Source: Octopus vulgaris (taxonomy: Eukaryota). Taken from it: a DNA stretch of 64,000 nt. The translations under genes and the position numbers were made by a program. The stretch is from the NCBI GenBank assembly GCA_951406725.2, contig OX597822.1:40796001-40860000 (forward strand), in the 5' to 3' direction. Position 1 is the stretch's first letter, and each line of letters begins with the position of its first letter. Of this stretch, positions 53,508 to 64,000 are shown piece after piece. Below the pieces are notes generated by a model. The model was not told the DNA's origin, did no database searches, and saw nothing but the letters and a program-made list of their open reading frames with translations.

Positions 53508-56176
53508 TGTTTTGGTATTGGCAACATGAATGACAATGGCCAGAGACTACTTGAATTTTGCACATACCATAACTTGTGCATCACTAACACATTTTTTGCC
53601 AACAAGACATCCCACAAGGCATCTTGGAGACATCTAAGATCTCACCACTGGCATCAGCTGGATCTCATCATTACACGAAGACCCTTTCTGAATTCTGTTC
53701 AACTGAGTCGTAGTTACCACAGCGCGGATTGTGACATAGATCATTCACTAATAAGAAGCAGAGTGAGGATTCTGCCTATAAAAGTCCATCACTCCAAGAA
53801 AATGGGCCGACCATGCATTAACACTGCCAGAACCCCCGACCCTACACTGCGACAATGTTTTGCCCTCAGTAGCTGTCCAACCACCTCTGCTGAAAGTAGG
53901 TGGAATTATATCAGGGAAGCTTTGTATACCACTTCAATATATACTTTCGGCATGAGAGAAAGGCAAAACCCAGATTTTATTCAGTGCTGGGCTCTCAGAG
54001 CTGGAAACAGTTATCGAAACAAAGCGTGCAGCTCTGATGTAATACAAGAGTGATTCTTCTATAAAGTCACTCGAAGAACTCAGAAAGGCAAGCAATAAAA
54101 CCCAACTGACTGCCAGACGCTGTGCAAATAGGTATTGGCAGGAAATCTGTCAGAGTATCCAGTCAGCTGCTGACAGTGGCGACACCCGTGGGATGTATGC
54201 CGGTTTGAAGAAGGCCCTCGGTCCATCCGCAACCAAGTCAGCCCCTCTGAAATCAACTACTGGGGACCAAAGCAAGCAAATGGATAGATGGATGGAGTAC
54301 TACCAGGATATCTACTCACGAGAGACCACGGTAGCTGAGGCTGCAATCGAGGGTGTCAAGATCTTACCAGTCATGTGTGAACTTGACAGTTGCCATCTAT
54401 TGCAGAGCTCACCAAGGTTATTGACTCCCTAGCAAGTAACAAGGCTCCGGGAAAAGACGGCATCCCCTTAGAGATCATCAAAACCGGCAAAAACACCATC
54501 CTGCTTCGGCACATTCATGAGCTTCTGTGTCAGTGCTGGGAAGAGGGTACAGCCCCTCAGTATATGCGGGATGCTAACATCATTACGCTTTACAAAAACA
54601 AAGGTGACCGTGGTGATTGTAACAATTACCATGGAATATCTCTTCTAAGCACTGTTGGAAAAGCCTTTGCTCGCGTTATCCTGTCCAGGCTGCAACTGCT
54701 TGCTTCTCGAATTTATCCAGAATCGCAGTGTGGCGTTAGAAGAAGCAGATCAACTATTGACATGATATTCTCCATACTTCAGGAGAAGTCCAGAGAGCAG
54801 AAAATGCCATTATATATGGCTTTCATTGATCTGACAAAGGCCTTTGACTTGGTAAGTAGAAAAGGCCTCTTCATCCTGCTCCAAAAAATTGGATGTCCAC
54901 CAAAGCTGCTGAGGATCATCACATCTTTCCATGATGTGCAAGGCACCATACAGCACAATGGTTCAACATCAGCCGCCTTCCAAATAAAAAATGGAGTAAA
55001 GCAAGGTTGTGTCCTTGCTCCTACATTATTTGACATCTTCTCGCTGCTGCTGTCACATGCCTTTGTGACATCAGATGATGGAGTGTTTCTGCACAGTAGA
55101 AGGGATGGGAAACTGTTCAATCTCTCGCGTCTGTGTGCCAAAACCAAAATCAGAAGCGTCCTGATCAAGGAGATGCTATTTGCTGATGATGCCACTCTGG
55201 TATCACACACAGAAGAAGCCCTACAAAGGCTCATAAACTGTTTTGAGCAAGCATGTGGCAACTTTGGCTTAGTTATCAGCCTCAAGAAGACCAACATCAT
55301 GGATCAGGCTACATCGACCATCCCAAACATACATATTGGAGACAACAGACTACAGGAGGTGGAGAAGTTTACCTATCTTGGCTCTACCGCCACCTACAAC
55401 CTATCCCTAGATGCTGAGCTCAATATGCGCATTGGCAAGGCAGCTGCTGTGATAGCCCAACTCTCCAAACGGGCATGGGACAACAATAAACTGACCAAGA
55501 CTATGAAAATGAAGATTTACCAGGCATGTGTACTTAGCACTATACTGTATGGAAGTGAGACTTGGACGCCATACAAACGCCAAGAGCGTCACCTGCGCTG
55601 CCTCCGGAAAATCCTTCGCATCAAATGGCAGAATCATGTCCCCAACAAAGTTGTCCTCAAGCAAGCAGGAATACCAAGCATGTTTACACTCCTCACACAA
55701 AGACGTATGAGATGGCTTCGACATGTTAGCCGAATGGAAGATGGCAGACTCCCCAAGGACATACTCAACGGAGAGCTTGCTAGGGGTACTAGGTCTGTGG
55801 GAAGACCGTTTTTACCATACAAGGATGTTTGCAAAAAGGACATGAATGCCTGCAACATCAATATTACCAACTGGGAAGCAGTTGCCACCAACCGTGGAGA
55901 TTGGCGACGTACCGTAAAAGAGGGAACACAAAGGAGTGACAGAGGGAGAGGAGAAATGGAAAGACAAGAAAAGACGTCAACAAGAAACTATGACATTACA
56001 ACCAACCAGACAAAGTCTTCCCTACATTTGCGGCACCTGCCAGAGGGAATGTTTGTCCAGGATAGGACTACACAGCCACAGCAGGAGATGTATTAGGGCA
56101 TGAAATGTAAAAGCCGGCCTAGATTATATTATGCGCAACTCCATTGTCTCCCGAGACAAAAACGATGCCAACATTA
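53508..56176 (+). mobile_element. 5'-truncated RTE-clade LINE (part of APE, full RT), frameshifted
   Basis: [24 protein letters not shown] (APE), then KAPGKDGI, FIDLTKAFD, GVKQGCVLAP, LFADD and FTYLGS (RT), and a 3' stem-loop tgtct-cccg-agaca. Confidence 0.95.
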
Positions 56177-56215
56177 TATATGGATTTCGTAGACAGGAAA
56201 TGAAACAAATCAATC

Positions 56216-56278
<63 letters not shown>

Positions 56279-56509
56279 AGTGTATGTGTGTGTCTTTGTG
56301 CCTGTGTTTCGCCCTCATCACTGCTTCACAACTGCTGTTCATTTATTTACCTCCACAAAACTTACTGGTTTCACAAGAACAAACTAATAGAATAAGTACT
56401 AGGCTTATCAACATAAAAAAGCACTAGGTGGTGTCTCATATTTTTGTTTGCCCACTCAGTTGTATCTATCAATTTATCTTTGTGTGTGTGTGTGTGTGTG
56501 TGTGTATCC

Positions 56510-56659
<150 letters not shown>

Positions 56660-57479
56660 CACCCTAATGGGAGCCTTAACTCCCAAATTTTAGTCATTTC
56701 TTTTATGATCCAAAACTAGGTCAAAAGTACTGAATGGATCTTTATGAAATTTGGAAATTATATTCTAACCGTAAGGGCCATAACCCCCATGACAATTCAT
56801 ATATTTTTGCTGTTGATAAAATTTTAACCATAGATATTAGACACAAATGAAGTAATATTTATAAAATTTCATCTTCTTACAAAGTTATAATGACCCCTCC
56901 ATGGGGACTTAACACCCACAATTTTGTCATTTTATATAAGCAAAAACAAATACAGTTGTGCTCTTGGAAGCTGTAGGGTTACCCGAGCATAAAAGTTGGG
57001 TATTATTTCTAATTCAATGGTACAACAGTTTGCTTTGACATACACTTACATTGTGATTTCTGCAATGTGCTGCATAAATTGTTAAGTAAATGAGAGGCAT
57101 CTTTGTCTCCACTGATTCAGTTGCAAAGTGTTGAGTAAAGTTATTTGATTGCAGACCTCCTTTCAGTCTTTTTATTATCACTCGGTTACACATAGTCCCC
57201 AGATTGATTACATGGATTAAGGCCTTCCCAGATGAGTGACTGGTTATTCAAAGACATTTATATATTTTAAATTCATTTTGTCCAGTTACGTATCAGTATA
57301 GTGGTCATTTGCAAACTCCAGAGGTGACACTTTAATTTCTCCTAAGCCCTCACGTCACACAGTTGTTAATTTCAGTTAGGTCACGCCCTTCCAATTGCTA
57401 TAGATTCGTAATGCATCTTACGGCTGTGCCTGTCACTTGGATGGTGAGGGATCCTACATTGGGAGTGGTAACGACTAGG

Positions 57480-57689
57480 GTAGGGTAACTGACTGCTTAT
57501 TGTGATCATTCGTCTTTTGGTTTCCATGTGGCACGATTACAATTTTTTTAGGGTGTGTAAAGAGGGAAATAACCCTCATCTGCAATTTTGATGAAATTCG
57601 AAACGTAGATATTCCAGTTAATTCAGAGAATATAACAGAAAAGTCTAATTCTTCAATTGAATGTAACCGGGCAACGACGGGTATCTCTG

Positions 57690-57693
<4 letters not shown>
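57480..57693 (+). mobile_element. Non-autonomous Helitron-like element, 3' end
   Basis: Ends ccgggcaacgacggg-tatctctg-CTA(TA)n, that is a hairpin followed by a CTAR terminus. Confidence 0.55.
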
Positions 57694-57753
<60 letters not shown>

Positions 57754-57799
57754 AAACAAGTCAAAAATAGAAAATGCTAAAATAATTTTATAGTGAACA

Positions 57800-57843
57800 T
57801 TTCAGTACCGGTTTCGGTCATTTTGAGACCTTTTCAACTGTAA
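57800..57843 (-). ncRNA. Type I hammerhead with U3-A8 co-variant core
   Basis: ttacag TTGAAAA ggtc-tcaaaat-gacc GAAA ccgg TA ctgaaa: 4-bp stem II, palindromic ACCGGU stem III, and 5 of 6 bp in stem I. Confidence 0.7.
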
Positions 57844-58087
57844 CGATTAAATAATTAAATTTAGAAAAATTAGAAGAAAAGTTTTTTTAAAAGAATATTT
57901 CTATAGTAGTGTTCAGATTTAAGTGGCATTCTGCCTTTCTCTGACTCCCTTGTTTGCACTTGTGTGTTCGAGGTAGTTGTGAGTTCTTGGTAGGGTAGTA
58001 GAGGAAGAAGGCTATATATATATATATATATATATTTATACATATATATCTATCGATATATATATATACATATATATATATATTATA

Positions 58088-58445
58088 GGTGCATGAGTGT
58101 CTGTATGGTAAGTAGCTTGCTTCCCAACCACATGGTTGCGGGTTCAGTTCCACTACGTGGCACCTTGGCCAAGTGTCATCTACTGTAGCCTCGGGCCGAC
58201 CAAAACTTTCTGAGTGGAAACTGAAAGAAGCCAGTTGTATATGTGTTTGACTGTTTGTGTGTGTGTCTCTGCCTGTTTCCCCCCCCCCCCATCATCCCAT
58301 CATCGCTTGACAACCGATGCTGTGTTTACGGCCCCGTAACTTAGCGTACTAGTCTTACAAAGAATAAATCCCGGGCTCGATGTGTTCTACTAGAGGTGCT
58401 GCTCCAGCATAGCCGCAGTCAAATGACTGAAACGAATAAAAGAAT
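58088..58445 (+). mobile_element. Family A SINE, diverged
   Basis: Head, body and 3' domain are recognisable. Confidence 0.85.
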
Positions 58446-58533
58446 GAAAGAATATGCTTAGAAGGAGAAAACGGATGGATTAAGAAATCCAAGCAAATAT
58501 CCATATTGCACTCACTTTTAAACGAATTTGTCT

Positions 58534-58534
58534 G

Positions 58535-58567
<33 letters not shown>

Positions 58568-58589
58568 GCTACTGCTGCTGCTGCCACCG

Positions 58590-58647
<58 letters not shown>

Positions 58648-58661
58648 CACCGCCACCACCA

Positions 58662-58727
<66 letters not shown>

Positions 58728-58923
58728 CCCACCGCCACAACTACTACTACTACTACTACCACTACTTATACTACTACAACTACTACTGCAGCTGCTGCTG
58801 CTATTAATGCTACTACTACTACTGCTACTACTACAACTGCTACTACAACTACTACTACAACTGCTACTACTACAACTACTACTACAACTGCTACTACTAC
58901 AACTACTACTACTGATGCTGCTG

Positions 58924-58993
<70 letters not shown>
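58534..58993. repeat. Compound (CTA/CTG/CCA)n trinucleotide tract
   Basis: Seen directly. A related tract lies at 60512-60752. Confidence 0.95.
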
Positions 58994-58998
<5 letters not shown>

Positions 58999-59258
58999 GC
59001 GTTGTAGCATGGTCTGGAGTCAGGGATATGTCAAATTGAATTGAAATTGAATTCTAGAATTAAAGATGTGATTTTCTTTACCCGTATTTTGTTGTGTGTG
59101 TGTGTATGCGCGAGTGCGCCTGTGTATTTCAAAGGTTAAACACAGAAAAGGGAAAATAGACGAAAACTGGGCGAAAACATAACAGACAGAAAAATGAGAC
59201 AAAAGCACGATACAAGGAACATACATACATACATACATACATACATACATACATACAT

Positions 59259-59308
<50 letters not shown>

Positions 59309-59416
59309 TTATATAACTAGCAGAAGCAATAAAGTGACACAGGCGCCGATAGTTTCGTGCGTTGGCACTTATCAAAGTAGTTACAGATCGAGGAGTTACT
59401 GCTAAATATTAATTAA

Positions 59417-59920
<504 letters not shown>

Positions 59921-59928
59921 ATGAATAT

Positions 59929-60032
<104 letters not shown>

Positions 60033-60120
60033 GCACATATACGCACACATTTACTCACACGCGCGCGCATGACATACAGAATGAACATGCAAACAATATC
60101 GACATACAGACGCTAATAAA

Positions 60121-60169
<49 letters not shown>

Positions 60170-60510
60170 GCAACACAAACACTCGAGATATACTTGTATA
60201 ATCAGAAATTGTGAAGCCAGACGGCGCTGCGCTACGGTTGCCATGCTTCTGTGTCTTCCTTCATTCCTTCAATCCTTATTTTTTCTTTCTTGTTTCCTTT
60301 ATCTCTTTCTTTCCTTCTTTCTTTCTCTTTCTTACCTTCTTTCCTTATTCAATTGCCTCTTGTTTTGTTTGTTTTGTTTCATTTTCAATTTCTTTTGTTA
60401 ATTCTGGCCTGTTTTTACGTTTTTTTTTTTTTTATCAATATTTAAGGAAATACGTTGGAGCGGTTAGCCGCCAGAGGTCACTGTATGTCACTCGAAAGAT
60501 TTAAACTTTG

Positions 60511-60718
<208 letters not shown>

Positions 60719-61730
60719 ACTACTACTACTACTACTACTACTATTACTACCACTAGTGCTGTAGCAAGGTCAGGGGTCAGGGATATGTCAAATTGAAAAT
60801 GGCGACCGGCATCAAATTTCGAGCGTTTTGGAAAATGGCCAAAATCGTGGTAAATTTAAGAAAAACAAGAAAGAAAAAAAGAAAATGCGACCCACGTGAT
60901 AGAAGTTATATGGGGGACAGTGGTTCGAGTTGATGTTGGGATGGCAACGTTAATGTCGTTGTTGTGTTTTTGTTGTTGTAATATGGAGATTGAATGTGGT
61001 GTGGTTTCAGAGTGGTGGTGGTGGTGGTGGTGATAGTGTAGTTGTTGGCGGCGGCGGTGATGTATTGACGGTAGTGAGAGAGACAGATGGTAGTGGTAGC
61101 AGCAATAGTGGTGACGATGGTGGTCTTGATGGTAATGGTAATGGATGACGTTGGCGGTGATGGTGAAGGATGTAGCATTATTGTTGCTATTGTTCATTAC
61201 ACTTTTGTTGTTGTAGTCAAGTGCAGTATGATGTGACAAAGTGTGACATAGTGAAGTGTACTATAGCGTGGTATGGTACAGTACTGTATTATAACGTAGA
61301 GTAGTATTACATAGTGTAGAGGCGTAGTACAGCCCCGTCTTAGCTGTATTATAGATCCCCGGACAAACCAATACACCGAGCCCTGTAGTATTTCTTTATT
61401 GACAACAAGCCACAGTATACATAAATCAGACATAGGTCAGAATTGGACCAGTAGTCCTGTGGGGCTTCTGGGCCAGTACCCAGTGTGTCCATACCTTTAG
61501 GCCCTGTTGTTTTCAAATATTGATAACCTGCAACATCATACATAGATCAGAATGGAGACCTCAAAACTCGTAAGGTTCCTGAGCAAATCAATGCACGGGA
61601 TTCATTGACATTTATTTATTGAACGAAAGCCACAGCATACGTAGATTATAATCGGGCCGCTAGATTAGTCTGACCCCTGGAGCACGACCCCTTGTGCCCA
61701 GGCTTTTGGGCCCTATAGTAATATTTTACC

Positions 61731-61959
61731 TATTTCTTTACTACCCACAAGGGGCTAAACACAGAGGGGACAAACAAGGACATACAAACGGATTAAGTCG
61801 ATTACATCAACCCCAGTGCGTAACTGGTACTTAATTTACCGACCCCGAAAGGATGAAAAGCAAAGTCGACCTCGGCGGAATTTGAACTCAGAGCGTAGCG
61901 GCAGACGAACGCAAAGCATTTCGCCCAGCGTGCTAACGATTCTGCCAGCTCACCGCCTT
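61731..61959 (-). mobile_element. Full-length family B SINE with an 18-bp target-site duplication
   Basis: ctatagtaatattttacc (61713-61730) and ctatagtattattttacc (61963-61980) flank it. Confidence 0.9.
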
Positions 61960-63063
61960 CCACTATAGTATTATTTTACCGACAGCGAGTTCATTACATA
62001 GATCAAAATTGAGCCCCGACTACTGTGAGGCGCTCAGGCTAATAAGTATACTGGGTCCTATAGTATTTGTTTATTGGCAGCAAGTCTTATCCTATATAAA
62101 TCGGAATTGGGCCCTTAGATCCATGAGTACCCCGGGTCACTGCCCAGTGTGCCTATGCCTTAAGGCAGCACTGTATGACATAGTATAAAGCATTATAATG
62201 TACTGTGATGCAATGTGGTTTTATAGATCGTGTAGTGTGACATGCTGCAATGTAGCGTAGCTTAGAGTGGTACAGTATGTAGTGATGAAGTGCAGTTCAG
62301 TGTGGTGCGCAGTGTACCATAGTGTTATATGGTCTGCTGCAGTTTAGTGTTGCACCATGTAGTGCAGCGCTTCTCAACCGGGGTCTGTATGACCTTTGGG
62401 GGGTCCATGTGACTCTTGAGGGTCTATATAGGATTTAGTTGTTAAAAATTAGATGCAATAATTTGGTTATACTTCGACAATATACAAAATATTTTAACAA
62501 ATTATTTATATATTTCCTAATAATAATCAATTATAAAATATAATGGGATTTTTTAAACATGGGATGGCTCTGAAGTTCTACCCGAGAGAGGAGACTTTCA
62601 TCTAACAGTAACCATGTTTTGGATAAACCTTATTGGCCAGAGTGCCAGGGTGTCACAATAACCAGGGTACCATGTTAGCCAGGGTACCACGGTTACCAGC
62701 AAAACATTCAAAGATGAATGAAATGTGTGTGTGTGTATATGTATAGTGAAATAATGCATGTGTGTGTGTGTGTGTGTGCATGTGGGTGTGTGTAGATTAA
62801 ATTCCAAAGGGACCAACATATAAATCAGTTTCAAATCCAACAAAAAAATTAATTCATAAAATTAAAATATATTTATGGAAAAACCTACTAAAATATTTTT
62901 TATAAAAAATAATAAAAAAACAAAAGAAAAACAAAATAAACAAGCATTTGAAATCCCCCCCGCCCCCGCCGCCCAAATGGTACACTTTTTGTGCATTTCT
63001 TGAATTATTCAAGTCGTTACCTATTTTGTGTTTCTTTCATACATTTGTATAGACAATTTATGT

Positions 63064-63095
<32 letters not shown>

Positions 63096-63156
63096 TGATA
63101 TATCTTGGGGTGTAATTATACATGTGTATGCGTGTGTGAGAATATATATATATGCA

Positions 63157-63188
<32 letters not shown>

Positions 63189-63275
63189 TTTTAATCCAAA
63201 CGGGAAACAAAAAAACAACAACAAGGGAACAATTACAGTATTATTATTAATAGGCGCTCAGGAAATGGAAGCAAT

Positions 63276-63342
<67 letters not shown>

Positions 63343-64000
63343 TACATATATATATATACACACACACACATGTATATACATATACACACACACACATGTA
63401 TATACATATACACACACATTTTATTCTTTCTCTCTCATGTTATTGTGCTCTGTCATGATATAATGTAGTGTAGCAATATAAAAGTGTTGCTCTGAAATAT
63501 GACAATATTTATTAATTCCAACACAGGGTCACCCATAAAACTTTTTCAGTCATTTTTGTCGTCGTCAGCATTGTCAAGAGGTATTTTAGAATAATTACTT
63601 ATTTCCATAAGGTTGGTAATTCTCTGTATTTGTCATAGATATAAAATTGCTGGGCTGGGTTCAACTTGATATTTTCTAAATGATGTCATTATTGCCACTT
63701 CGTCTAGAGTTATTAATTCACAAATAATCCAGTTTTCCTCTTTGAAATATTGTAACTTACTACTAAAAGTGTTACGGCACTGATGTCTGTAACCTTATTG
63801 TTGTTATTCAATTCTTTTCTAACCATCAGTCTAGTATGTTTATATTACTTCCTAACATTTACGTGTATTCTACTTTGTCAGATTCCTTATTACCAAAGTA
63901 AGTTTAATTCTATAATCTCTGTTCTTAATGCTAAATGATATTAGAATTTTTTATTAATTTTTCTAAGTTTTTCTTGACACTGTTTTGTGATCCAAATTTC

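Noticed and set aside
56660-57470. Possible old integrase-type DNA transposon remnant with a Cys-rich tail
   Set aside because: Only vague motif resemblance, with no catalytic residues or paired TIRs identified.
63480-64000. Possible decayed transposase on the minus strand
   Set aside because: No diagnostic motif could be read with confidence, and it is cut by the window edge.

Overview
AT-rich, microsatellite-saturated eukaryotic DNA, most likely intronic or intergenic. I found no recognisable host exon. The tRNA-derived SINE families and the mariner look like those of Octopus (inference from recalled repeat sequences, not from a search). Almost all ORFs in the supplied track are artefacts of (TA)n, (CATA)n, (CA)n and (CTA)n repeats. 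The real coding remnants are all transposon-derived: a DD37D maT transposase, a DD34D mariner, a Tigger/pogo, a probable Chapaev3, two RTE LINEs plus an RTE 3' end, an L1/Tx1 LINE 5' half, and Penelope GIY-YIG endonuclease fragments. The most striking signal is about a dozen minimal type I hammerhead ribozyme motifs. They sit in short non-coding elements, mostly next to (TA)n tracts and often as fold-back palindromes. They include canonical C3-G8 cores, two naturally co-varied cores (G3-C8 and U3-A8), a U4C family and a four-copy A6U family. This suggests a diversified set of non-autonomous Penelope-derived, retrozyme-like elements with variant catalytic cores. All ribozyme calls come from manual base-pairing and none has been tested for activity.
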